From an uncultured Chloroflexia bacterium (GTDB taxonomy: Bacteria > Chloroflexota > Anaerolineae > CG2-30-64-16): 64,000 bases of DNA. The DNA lies in assembly GCA_963774265.1 (NCBI GenBank), contig CAVZDU010000001.1, positions 1,248,001 through 1,312,000 of the forward strand. Reading direction: 5' to 3'. The number at the start of each line of letters is the position of its first letter. Within the stretch, counting starts at the first letter, position 1. Below the pieces are notes generated by a model. The model was not told the DNA's origin and searched no databases. It worked only from the letters and a program-made list of their open reading frames with translations. Positions 33,365 to 42,421 of the stretch are shown piece after piece. The position numbers and the translations under genes are program-made.

Positions 33365-34029
33365 CGCCCGGACGTCAACGTCCGGGCTACCTGGCAGCGC
33401 CCGCTGAAGCGGGCTACAATGAACTAAGTTCCTCCCACCAGGTTCGGATGTTGGCGTTGTAGGATGGTGCGGCTTCTCGGGTGATGGGTACGGTGCCATC
33501 TTTCGTGCGTTCGAGGGCCGGAATAACCTCATTTCGAGCGTGATGCTCTTTCTGTCGTTCGACATAAGCGACGAAATTCGGCAGGCGTTTGCCGTCGAAT
33601 GAGAATGCGCCGTATTCTTCCTGCCAGTACACAACCTTCGCGAACCCACCTTTGTTGTACCGCGCAGCACTGACACCTTTGACCTGGCCCACGAACCTGG
33701 CGACCGCGATCGCCGGTGGAATGGCAGCCACCATGTGTACATGGTCCGAGATACCATTCAGGGCAAAAAGTGCTGCCCCAAGTCCTATCGCCTTCGAGCG
33801 CAGATAGCCGTGTACAACCAACTCGACATCTGGCGTCAAGAGCGGTTCTCGGTCCTTAGTGGACCAGACAAGATGGTAGAAGAGCTGCCAATAAGGCATA
33901 TGCTTTCCTCTTGGCTGATAAGTGTCCTGCATTATGCGCGTTCCGGCATGCCCAGCGTCGCTGGGCATGCCACATCAGCCCCATTTATGGGGCGTCGCTG
34001 TGTAGCCTGGCGGCTTTAGCGCCGGGCGG
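33365..34029 (-). mobile_element. Y1-transposase element flanked by inverted double-hairpin ends, each with a GTAG between the two hairpins
   Basis: Left end reverse complement AGCCCGCTTCAGCGGGCG..GTAGCCCGGACGTTGACGTCCGGGCG; right end AGCCCCATTTATGGGGCG..GTAGCCTGGCGGCTTTAGCGCCGGGCG. Confidence 0.8.
33414..33899 (-). CDS. tnpA: IS200/IS605-family Y1 (HUH) transposase, RAYT-like
   Basis: YHLVWSTKDREP, DHVHM (HUH), WQEEYGAFS, YVERQKEHH. Confidence 0.92.
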   Translation of the reverse strand: MPYWQLFYHLVWSTKDREPLLTPDVELVVHGYLRSKAIGLGAALFALNGISDHVHMVAAIPPAIAVARFVGQVKGVSAARYNKGGFAKVVYWQEEYGAFSFDGKRLPNFVAYVERQKEHHARNEVIPALERTKDGTVPITREAAPSYNANIRTWWEELSSL

Positions 34030-34075
34030 CGATGCGGCCGCGAGATGGCCCCCAGGTGCCGGGCACCTATGTTAG

Positions 34076-35236
34076 CTACTTCAACTTCTCCATGCCCTTG
34101 AACTCGCGATAGGGCGAGAGGATGGCGAGCGTCTCTCGGTCATCCTCGGTGAGTTGGCGCTGGACCATGCGCGTGAGCAGTTCGCCCAAGCCCGGTCCCA
34201 GCATGAAGCCCTGGCCGCACATGCCGACGGCGTGCAGGAAGCCGGGCACCTCGCGCGACCAGCCCACGAGGGGCGAGCCGTCCGGGGTCATGGGGTAGAG
34301 CCCGCGCCAGGTCCGCCGCACACGGATGTTGGCCAGCCGCGGCATGAGGTCGATTATGCGCTGGCTGACCTGCGGCAGAAACTCGCTGGTCTCGCGCTTG
34401 TCCGTACCCCAGAGGCTCGGGCTGGGCGTGACGCAGAAGATGATCTGCCCGGTGTAGTGCTGGTAGAAGTAGTAGTTTGCCGAGCCGGGCACGGCGCGAA
34501 TATCCACGATCATGGGGTGTAGGAAGCGCGCGACCGGCTCGGTGATCGCGGCCTCGTGCGAGTCCGGCCGGACCGGGACGGTGAGCCCCACCAGCTGGGC
34601 CACGGCATCTGCTTCGGCGCCCGCGGCGTTGATCACTACGTCGGCGCCGTAGCGCGCGTGAGGCGTACGCACCCCGACGACTTTGCCGCCTTCGACGTCG
34701 ATGCCCGTGATGGGTTCGTTGAATCTGAACTCGGCGCCGAGCTGGCGGGCATGGTCGTAGAAGGCGTGCAGGGTCAGCAGGGTCGAGCAGTGCCCGTCAG
34801 CGGGAGAGAGGGTGCCTCCCAGAAGCCCGTCGCGATTCAGATCGGGCAGCAGGTCCAGCATTTCCCCACGCTCCAGCCAGTCGATGTTCAGCCCGTATTG
34901 TTTCTGGATGACCAGCAGGTCTTTGAGGATCTTCTCTTCGCGTTCGCGATAGGCGACGTAGACATAGCCGCCCGTGTTCCACTCGATATCATCCCCGTGC
35001 ATCTCCTTCCAGGATTTGAGGATTTCGAGGGAGCGCATGTTCAGCCGGATCTTGGCCGGGTCCGAGTGCGTGGCGCGCACGCCGCCGATGGCAGCCTTGT
35101 TCGAACCCTGACCGGGGCTCGCGCGGCCGTCGAGCACAAGGGTGCGGATGCCGGCCCCGGCGAGCGCGAAAGCGGCGGGCACGCCCACGCTCCCCGCGCC
35201 TGCGATGATCACGTCATAGTGGGGAACGGCGTTCAT
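34076..35236 (-). CDS. FAD-dependent oxidoreductase, DAO family (sarcosine oxidase beta / dye-linked proline dehydrogenase beta-like)
   Basis: IIAGAGSVG, VINAAGA, WRGLYPMTPDGSPLVG, GMCGQGFMLGP. Confidence 0.87.
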   Translation of the reverse strand: MNAVPHYDVIIAGAGSVGVPAAFALAGAGIRTLVLDGRASPGQGSNKAAIGGVRATHSDPAKIRLNMRSLEILKSWKEMHGDDIEWNTGGYVYVAYREREEKILKDLLVIQKQYGLNIDWLERGEMLDLLPDLNRDGLLGGTLSPADGHCSTLLTLHAFYDHARQLGAEFRFNEPITGIDVEGGKVVGVRTPHARYGADVVINAAGAEADAVAQLVGLTVPVRPDSHEAAITEPVARFLHPMIVDIRAVPGSANYYFYQHYTGQIIFCVTPSPSLWGTDKRETSEFLPQVSQRIIDLMPRLANIRVRRTWRGLYPMTPDGSPLVGWSREVPGFLHAVGMCGQGFMLGPGLGELLTRMVQRQLTEDDRETLAILSPYREFKGMEKLK

Positions 35237-37401
35237 TGCTCACCTCCGACGCCCGCAAAGACCGCAAGGGGCACTTCCATGAAGAGCGGGCGCCTGGTGC
35301 CTTCGACGACTTCTGCGTCCGGGATGCCTTCCTCCCGGAACAGCCGGCGGATGAGCGCGGCGCAGGTCTTTGAGCCGCAGGAGCCCATGCCCGCACGCGT
35401 GACCGTCTTGATCTCGTTGACATCGCGGTAGCCGCGGCGGATCAGCTCGCGAATCTCGCCGGCGGTGACCCGCTCGCACCTGCAGACCACTACGTCGTCG
35501 GTCATGCGCTCGACATAATGGTCCATCGGCTCGGCGACCCACTGCTCTTGCACCTGGATGCCGGCGATGCGCTTGGCGATCTCCTTCGGCGCGGCCACCT
35601 GTACCAGGATGGTGCGATCATTGGCCTTGGCCGTCCTGACCCTTGTGACTTCGACGTTGCCCAGCGTTTGGCCCTCCACATCGAGCACCGTGACGTGATC
35701 GCCAACCTGGATGGTCTCGCGCAAGAACTCGTAGGGGATGGTGACGGTGGGCCGTTCGGTGTTCTTCTTGTAGTCTACGAGCGTGATGGCCAGGCCGGGG
35801 CAGATGGTGACGCACTTCTCGCAGCCGATGCAGCGATCCACGATCGCGCGATCCTGGATCGAGCGATCCTTTGGATTGCGATCCAAAGAATCGTTGCCCA
35901 ACTGCTCGGCGATGAACTGCGGCACAGCGCGGATGTCGTTCTCGTCGATGTGGATCATGCCCTGCGAGCACACCGACGTGCATGGGTTGCAGGGGATTTC
36001 CTGCCGGCAGTGGAACACCGGGAAGACGCCGCTTTCCTCGAGGGGGATGACCTCGGGCGTCGTCTGGCCGGGCTTGGAGCGGAGGATCTCAGCGGTGCGG
36101 TACCAATCGGGCGGGATTTCGCCGACGTCCTGGCCCATCTCACGCGCGATCTCGAGCCCCTTGATCTTGCCGGAGAACATGGCAGCCGACGCCTCAGCGA
36201 TTTCCTCCGCGTCGCCTGCGGCAAACGCGTTGAGGCCGAACTCCTGCGCCTTGGCATAGAACTCATCGACGGGGTCTAATCCGACCGCGATGAGCACCGT
36301 GTCGCATGCGAACGACTTCTCGGTGCCCGGGATGGGCCGGAATTTGTTGTCGACCTGCGCGATCGTGACGGATTCGACACTCTCCGTGCCGTTGGCACTG
36401 AGGATAGTGTGGGAGGTGTAGATGGGGACGCCCATGCGGTGGAGCTTGTCCTTGTGGACTTTGTAACCGCCGCACTCGGGCAGTGCCTCCACGAGGCCCA
36501 CCACCTGGATGCCGGCCTGCAGCGCGTGGTACCCGGCGATCAGGCCGACATTGCCGCCACCTACGATGAACAGACGCTCGGCTGCGGTCACCATGTCACG
36601 GTTGACCAGTGTCTGGAACGCGCCCGCGCCATAGACGCCCGGCAACGTGTTGCCCTTGAAAGCGAGCGACTTCTCTCTCGCACCGGCGGCAACGAGGAGC
36701 ACCTCCGGCTTGATCAGCACATAGCGGCCGCCCCCTTGCAGGACGCCGACCTTGTGATCGCTGAACACGGCCAGGGCTGTGCTGTTGAGCCAGACCTCGA
36801 CATAGGGGCGGCCGCCAGGGTCCGCCCCTACAGCTCGCACCTGCTGTTCGAGCTTGGTGGCGATATCGATGCCGCGCGTGCCCGCGTAGACAGCGTTGAT
36901 GGACCCAAAGAAGCGATGCGTTTGCAGGACGAGCTTGCCGCCGAGGCGGTCCTTGTCGTCAATCAGGAGACAGTGGATGCCGCGTTGGCCCAGTTGAATG
37001 GCCGCGGACATGCCCGCGGGCCCGCCGCCGATGATCAGCACAGGGACTTCGATGTCTTTGATCGCGGCCATCGGGGGCGGCGCTTCGACCTTCGGCAGTT
37101 CGGGCAGGGCATTGACCGGCTCGACCCGCATGCCGGCCCGGACCGGCTCCATGCAGGATTTCACGGGCATGCCATCGGCCAGGACGAGACACTGCGCGGA
37201 CTGGCCGTTGGCGCAGAAGATACCCTGCGGCGAGCCATCCTTGGGATGGTGCCCGAAAATGCGGATGCCGTTGGCGAAGAGGGCGGAGGCGATGGTCTCG
37301 CCTGCGAGCGCTGCAATCTCGTGCCCTTGCCAGTAGAAAGTCACTGAAGGGCGGGGTGCGGCGGCCAGGATGGGGTGTGATGAGATACGATACTCGACCA
37401 T
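35233..37401 (-). CDS. Multidomain flavoprotein: 2Fe-2S-like, FAD/NAD oxidoreductase, 2x[4Fe-4S], BFD-like [2Fe-2S] (SoxA/HcnAB/PDH-alpha-like)
   Basis: GETIASAL, GIFCANGQ, IIGGGPAG, GGGNVG, CRQEIPCNPCTSVC, CIGCEKCVTICPG, CRCERV...GMGSCGSKTC; ATG 37401 after a GGAG RBS. Confidence 0.85.
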   Translation of the reverse strand: MVEYRISSHPILAAAPRPSVTFYWQGHEIAALAGETIASALFANGIRIFGHHPKDGSPQGIFCANGQSAQCLVLADGMPVKSCMEPVRAGMRVEPVNALPELPKVEAPPPMAAIKDIEVPVLIIGGGPAGMSAAIQLGQRGIHCLLIDDKDRLGGKLVLQTHRFFGSINAVYAGTRGIDIATKLEQQVRAVGADPGGRPYVEVWLNSTALAVFSDHKVGVLQGGGRYVLIKPEVLLVAAGAREKSLAFKGNTLPGVYGAGAFQTLVNRDMVTAAERLFIVGGGNVGLIAGYHALQAGIQVVGLVEALPECGGYKVHKDKLHRMGVPIYTSHTILSANGTESVESVTIAQVDNKFRPIPGTEKSFACDTVLIAVGLDPVDEFYAKAQEFGLNAFAAGDAEEIAEASAAMFSGKIKGLEIAREMGQDVGEIPPDWYRTAEILRSKPGQTTPEVIPLEESGVFPVFHCRQEIPCNPCTSVCSQGMIHIDENDIRAVPQFIAEQLGNDSLDRNPKDRSIQDRAIVDRCIGCEKCVTICPGLAITLVDYKKNTERPTVTIPYEFLRETIQVGDHVTVLDVEGQTLGNVEVTRVRTAKANDRTILVQVAAPKEIAKRIAGIQVQEQWVAEPMDHYVERMTDDVVVCRCERVTAGEIRELIRRGYRDVNEIKTVTRAGMGSCGSKTCAALIRRLFREEGIPDAEVVEGTRRPLFMEVPLAVFAGVGGEQ

Positions 37402-37476
37402 GAGTTCTCCTTTGAACCAAAAGGTACAAGAGTTGTATACCACTCCCGGCTGAGGTCGTCTATGAGATTGCGCAGA

Positions 37477-37506
37477 TTCACACGGCGAACAACGTCGTGC
37501 TATACT
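37477..37506 (+). promoter_or_regulatory. Promoter (TTCACA-18-TATACT, extended TG) 7 nt before the helicase ATG; likely leaderless
   Basis: gTGcTATACTcggccgcATG; no Shine-Dalgarno sequence. Confidence 0.55.
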
Positions 37507-37513
37507 CGGCCGC

Positions 37514-40500
37514 ATGAAAATCGTCGCGGACCTTCACATCCATTCTCATTTTTCCCGAGCGACCAGCAAGAGCCTGACCTTCGAGCACCTGACCCGTTGG
37601 GCGCAGCTCAAAGGTGTAACTGTGGTCGGGACGGGCGACATCGCACATCCCGGTTGGCTCGCGGAGATGCGCGATAAGCTTGTCCCCGCAGAAGACGGCC
37701 TGTATCGTCTGAAGGACGAACTCGTGCGGGACGTGCAACGCTCCGTGCCTCCCTCGTGTTATGCCCCGGTCCGTTTCATGCTCGGCGGCGAAATCAGCAA
37801 TATCTACAAGAAGGCCGATCGCACCCGCAAGGTGCACAACGTTGTCTTCGCGCCGAGACTTGACGCGGTGGCGCAACTCCAGGCGCGGTTGGAGAAGATC
37901 GGCAACATCCGCTCGGACGGGCGGCCGATCCTGGGCCTGGATTCGAGGGAATTGCTGGAAACGTTGTTGGATGTCGATTCGGCGTGCCAACTCATCCCTG
38001 CGCACATCTGGACGCCCTGGTTTTCGCTCCTTGGCTCCAAGTCGGGTTTCGACTCTGTTGACGAGTGCTACGGCGACTTGACATCTCATATCTTCGCGCT
38101 GGAAACCGGCCTGTCTTCTGACCCGCCGATGAACTGGCGGGTGTCACAACTGGACCGCTACACCCTGGTCTCGAATTCGGACGCGCATTCGCCCGAGAAG
38201 CTGGCGCGCGAGGCGACGCTGTTCGACACGGAGCTATCCTATGCGGCGTTGTTTGCCGCACTCAAAGTGGGCGATCCAGGGGACGGCGTCGCCGTCCCGT
38301 TGACGTTCCAGGGCACCGTCGAATTCTTCCCCGAAGAGGGCAAGTACCACCTGGACGGTCACCGCGCCTGTGGCGTTGTCTGGGAACCGCGGACCACAAT
38401 CGCACACGGCGGCGTATGCCCGGTCTGCGGGAAGGAAGTGACGATTGGGGTCATGCATCGCGTGGAGGAATTGGCGGACCGGCCCGTTGGCGGGCGGCCC
38501 CCTAGCACCCCTCCCTTCGTCAGCCTGATCCCACTGCCGGAGGTGATCGGCCAGGCGCTGGGCGTGGGCCCGGGTTCGGGCCGGGTGGAGCAGGAGTACA
38601 CGAAGTTGCTTGGTCGACTGGGCCCGGAGTTGTTCATCCTGCGAGATGCTGATCTGAAGGATATTGCCGCCACCGGTGGAGAGCGTTTAGCCCAGGGGCT
38701 CGACCGCATGCGCCGCGGAGAGGTGGATGCTCAAGGCGGTTATGATGGCGAGTATGGCGTGATCCACCTGTTCACCACACAGCGCGGCGGAGCTGTTGCA
38801 GCGAGCGGCCAGAGTGGGTTGTTTGCAGAGTCCGGGGCGGAGGATTCACTACAAGGACACAAAGAGCACAGGGAGCACAAAGAGCCACTTCAGACAGGTC
38901 CGTATGACGAGACCGGGGGGGAACCTGGGCGGGCGACGGACGGCGGGGGAGCGGAACAGTGGGGCGCGGCGAGTGAGCGATCCGAAGGATCGAGCGATCC
39001 AGAGGGATCGAGCGATCCCTTTGGATCGGGGCAGGCGTCTTTCTTTGATCTGGATGGGGCGTTAGAACCCGAAGCCCCGCAATCGCAGAGCGCGAGTTTC
39101 ACCATCCCGGCGGCCGCATTGCTCGGCGGGTTGAATGAAGCCCAACGCGAGGCGGTCCGCTGCGTCGACCGCTCGTTGATCATCTCGGCCGGTCCGGGGA
39201 CGGGCAAGACCCGGACCCTGACACATCGTATCGCTTACCTGGTTCTCAATCAGGGCGTGGCGCCCAGCTCCATCCTCGCGATCACATTCACGAACAAGGC
39301 TTGTGAGGAGATGGGCGAGCGGCTGAGCGCGCTGCTGGGCCCGCGGTCTGCAGAGATCACGGTGAAAACATTCCACGCGTTTGCGGCCGCGCTTTTGCGC
39401 GAGTATGGCGCGCAGATCGGGCTCGATCCTGCCTTCGCGATCTGCACCGAAGATGACCGCGGACTCCTCCTGCGCACCGCGTGCCCTGCGCTCTCTCAGG
39501 CCGAAGTGCAGGCCGCCCTGGGCGCCATCAGCGCGGCCAAGAACCGGCTGGAGGGCCCGCCGGGAGATGAGGCGGAAGACGGGCTCGGTAAGGTCTATGG
39601 GGCCTACCAGGCTGCGCTGGCCGGCAGCCACGCGCTGGACTTCGACGATCTCATCTTCCAGGCCGTCACGCTGCTGGAAACGCGCGAGGAGGTCCGGACT
39701 GCGCTGCATGACCGGTACCGCTGGATATCGGTCGACGAGTACCAGGATGTGAATGCAGCCCAGGTCCGCTTCCTGCGGTTGCTTTCGGACGGCGGTGCCA
39801 ACCTCTGTGTCATCGGCGACCCCGACCAGGCTATCTACGGCTTTCGCGGCGCGGATCGCAGCTACTTCTTGTCGTTTACGGCTGATTATCCCGGGTCAAC
39901 CCGTCTTTATCTCACCGAGAACTATCGCTCGACACAAGCGATCCTTGATGCGGCGCTGCAGGTGATCGGCGCGACCGGTGTAGGGGGCGACCTGCGTGTC
40001 GCCCCAGGGGGCATCGCCCGGTCGCCCCTACGCGCCGTTCAGACGCTCGCTGACTTTGCGGGGGAGGTGAAGCTTGACGTCTACCACGCGCCCACGGATC
40101 GTGCTGAGGCTGAGTACGTGGTGCACCAAATCGAGCAGATGATTGGCGGAACAAGCTACTTTTCGCTCGATTCAGGCCGGCTGGCCGGCGATGTCTCCTT
40201 CCAGGCGCACTCCTTCGCGGATTTCGCAGTGCTCTATCGATTGAGCGCCCAGAGCCGGCTCCTCATCGAGGCTCTCGAGCGCTCCGGCATGCCGTACCAG
40301 ACGATCGGGCAGACGCCGTTGGCGGGTTATGCGGATGTGCGGGAGGTCCTGGCGGCCTTGTGGTTTGCCTACCAGACGACGGTCCCAGATGCCGGTTTCC
40401 CAGGTGCTGGATTCCCAGGTGCCCGGCACTTCAGCGATCCAAGGATCGCAAGTGCCGGGCACCCACTCAAGGGGCGCCTACTCAAGGTGACCAGGCTGCT

Positions 40501-41035
40501 CGCGGAGATCGGCCCGAGGCCGCCTGTGGTCCGCCTCGTCGAGCGCCTGGCCCAGGTCCTGGGCGTCGGCCGCGATGGGGCGGCCAGCCGGATGGAGCAA
40601 CTGGCCCGGCTCGCGGGCCCGTTCGGAGATCGCCTGGGCGATTTTCTCGAGGCGATGGCGTTGCATCGGGAAACCGATGCCTACGACCCGCGCGCGGACC
40701 GGGTGACCTTGATGACGCTGCACGCCGCGAAGGGCCTGGAGTTCCCGGTGGTGTTTGTGGTGGGGTGCGAGGAGGGGCTGCTGCCCTATTCCCGCAGGGA
40801 TGAGGCGCCCGATGTGGATGAGGAGCGCCGGCTTTTCTACGTGGGCATGACCCGCGCCCAGCAGAAACTGGTGCTGTGCCATGCCCGGCGCCGGATGCTA
40901 TTCGGACAGACGACGGAGAACGCGCCGTCGCGTTTCGTGGGTGATATCGAGTCGGCGCTGAAGGCGGTGCAGGAGATTGGGGAACGGCGGCGCAGCGTGA
41001 GAGAGTCTGAGTCGCGTCAACTGGCTCTCTTCTAG
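37514..41035 (+). CDS. Endonuclease Q-like PHP/zinc-finger domain fused to a UvrD/PcrA SF1 helicase
   Basis: ADLHIHSHFSRATS, PAHIWTPW, ETGLSSD, SNSDAHS, GKYHLDGHRAC, CPVCGK; then AGPGTGKT, VDEYQD, GDPDQAIYGFRGA, NYRS, TLHAAKGLEF, EERRLFYVGMTRA. Confidence 0.92.
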   Translation: MKIVADLHIHSHFSRATSKSLTFEHLTRWAQLKGVTVVGTGDIAHPGWLAEMRDKLVPAEDGLYRLKDELVRDVQRSVPPSCYAPVRFMLGGEISNIYKKADRTRKVHNVVFAPRLDAVAQLQARLEKIGNIRSDGRPILGLDSRELLETLLDVDSACQLIPAHIWTPWFSLLGSKSGFDSVDECYGDLTSHIFALETGLSSDPPMNWRVSQLDRYTLVSNSDAHSPEKLAREATLFDTELSYAALFAALKVGDPGDGVAVPLTFQGTVEFFPEEGKYHLDGHRACGVVWEPRTTIAHGGVCPVCGKEVTIGVMHRVEELADRPVGGRPPSTPPFVSLIPLPEVIGQALGVGPGSGRVEQEYTKLLGRLGPELFILRDADLKDIAATGGERLAQGLDRMRRGEVDAQGGYDGEYGVIHLFTTQRGGAVAASGQSGLFAESGAEDSLQGHKEHREHKEPLQTGPYDETGGEPGRATDGGGAEQWGAASERSEGSSDPEGSSDPFGSGQASFFDLDGALEPEAPQSQSASFTIPAAALLGGLNEAQREAVRCVDRSLIISAGPGTGKTRTLTHRIAYLVLNQGVAPSSILAITFTNKACEEMGERLSALLGPRSAEITVKTFHAFAAALLREYGAQIGLDPAFAICTEDDRGLLLRTACPALSQAEVQAALGAISAAKNRLEGPPGDEAEDGLGKVYGAYQAALAGSHALDFDDLIFQAVTLLETREEVRTALHDRYRWISVDEYQDVNAAQVRFLRLLSDGGANLCVIGDPDQAIYGFRGADRSYFLSFTADYPGSTRLYLTENYRSTQAILDAALQVIGATGVGGDLRVAPGGIARSPLRAVQTLADFAGEVKLDVYHAPTDRAEAEYVVHQIEQMIGGTSYFSLDSGRLAGDVSFQAHSFADFAVLYRLSAQSRLLIEALERSGMPYQTIGQTPLAGYADVREVLAALWFAYQTTVPDAGFPGAGFPGARHFSDPRIASAGHPLKGRLLKVTRLLAEIGPRPPVVRLVERLAQVLGVGRDGAASRMEQLARLAGPFGDRLGDFLEAMALHRETDAYDPRADRVTLMTLHAAKGLEFPVVFVVGCEEGLLPYSRRDEAPDVDEERRLFYVGMTRAQQKLVLCHARRRMLFGQTTENAPSRFVGDIESALKAVQEIGERRRSVRESESRQLALF

Positions 41036-41254
41036 TAAGAGGTGCCCCGCACTGGCGATCCTGCGGATCGTTAAAGTGCCGGGCACTTGGCGTGCCATGG
41101 CGCCATCTCACCAGGATTCAGCTACAATCTCTCTATGCCGAACCCACTCACCATGTACGGCAAAGTAAGGGCGACCGGTGTAGGGGCGACCGGGCGATGC
41201 TGCGATCCAGGGATCGCTGCATCGTTGTCGCCCCTACACGCTAAGGAGATCGAC

Positions 41255-41935
41255 ATGCTTTCGATTGCGGCAACCGATGAATGGCGCAACGCCCATCCCG
41301 GAGCAACCATAGGTTTGCTGGAGCTGGCGGGCGTGGAAAAGGCTCAGTCGCGATCCGGCTTGGAGGGGCGAAAACGAGAAACGGAAGCGAAGTTGAGAGA
41401 ACGCTATCGGGGCTTCACGCGGCAGGACTTTCTGGCGCTGCCCGTGATGGCAGCCTACGAACAATACTATAAACGCTTCAACAAGACGTATCATGTCCAG
41501 CTCCAGGTTGAGTCCATCGTGCTGAAAGGCAGGAACCTGCCTGACGTGTCTCCCCTGGTCGATGCCAACTTCACCGCTGAGGTGGAGACCCTGATCCTGA
41601 CGGCCGGACATGATGTCACAAAGTTGCGTGGGGCAGTCTCCATGGACGTGTCCTTCAAGGACGACACCATGACGCTCATGAACGGCGCCGCCAAAGTCAT
41701 CTATGCGGGCGATATGGTCATGAGGGATGCCGGCGGCATCTGTTGTTCGATCATCTACGGGCAGGACAATCGGTCTCCCATCTCTATGGAGACTTCTCAA
41801 GCCCTGTATGTGGCTTATGCCCCTGCTGGTGTTCCGGCGGAACTCGTGGATGCTCAATTGCGGAAAATCGAGGAAAACGTCCGGCTATTCTCACCTACTG
41901 TCGTCGTCGAGCAACTCCGTCTCCTAAAGGCGTAG
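41255..41935 (+). CDS. Stand-alone B3/B4 (PheRS-beta editing-like) domain protein
   Basis: AYEQYYKRF, LPDVSPLVD, TAGHD, GDMVMRDAGGICCSIIYGQD; ATG after an AAGGAG RBS. Confidence 0.75.
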   Translation: MLSIAATDEWRNAHPGATIGLLELAGVEKAQSRSGLEGRKRETEAKLRERYRGFTRQDFLALPVMAAYEQYYKRFNKTYHVQLQVESIVLKGRNLPDVSPLVDANFTAEVETLILTAGHDVTKLRGAVSMDVSFKDDTMTLMNGAAKVIYAGDMVMRDAGGICCSIIYGQDNRSPISMETSQALYVAYAPAGVPAELVDAQLRKIEENVRLFSPTVVVEQLRLLKA

Positions 41936-42020
41936 GCGGCCTGACAACGAGGGCGTCGCGCCGGCGGTCTGCTCGCCGGCGACCTGCTCCTGCTCATCGG
42001 TGTTCTCATCATGGTCGCCT

Positions 42021-42254
42021 TCACGCGTGACTCTTCCAACTGTGCGCCACGAGCGGGAGAATCGGAACGATCGACTTCTTGCGCGAGAGCACGCCACCCA
42101 CGATACCCCGACGTGCGGCGACGACGTCTGTAGGGGGCGAACGACGATGCGCAGCATCGCCGTGTCGTCCCTACCCGGCATAGGCTACCGCCGAAACGAT
42201 CGGGTCGGTGTCCGGGTTCTTGTGGCCGACAACAAAGATCTTGCGTTCGCTCAT
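42021..42254 (-). pseudogene. ppaC: Collapsed relic of a family II Mn-dependent inorganic pyrophosphatase
   Basis: One frame reads MSERKIFVVGHKNPDTDPIVSAVAYAG*(REP)DVVAARRGIVGGVLSRKKSIVPIL; N-terminal GHxNPDTD and C-terminal SRKK motifs present, core missing. Confidence 0.75.
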
Positions 42255-42421
42255 AGGTCCCAAGCATCTCCATTTCAGATTTGACAAGCGAATCGTGAAA
42301 ATGGCCCGAAGCTTGACCACAGGCGAATCGTAAGGCGTGGAGACTCTCTTTATCCCAGAGGTGCCCGGCACTTGCGATCCTTCGGATCGTTAAAGTGTCG
42401 GGCACCTAGCGTGGAGGTGGG

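Noticed and set aside
42171-42173. In-frame TAG in the ppaC relic as pyrrolysine or readthrough
   Set aside because: The TAG is part of the REP's GTAG end, and the product would lack the catalytic core anyway.
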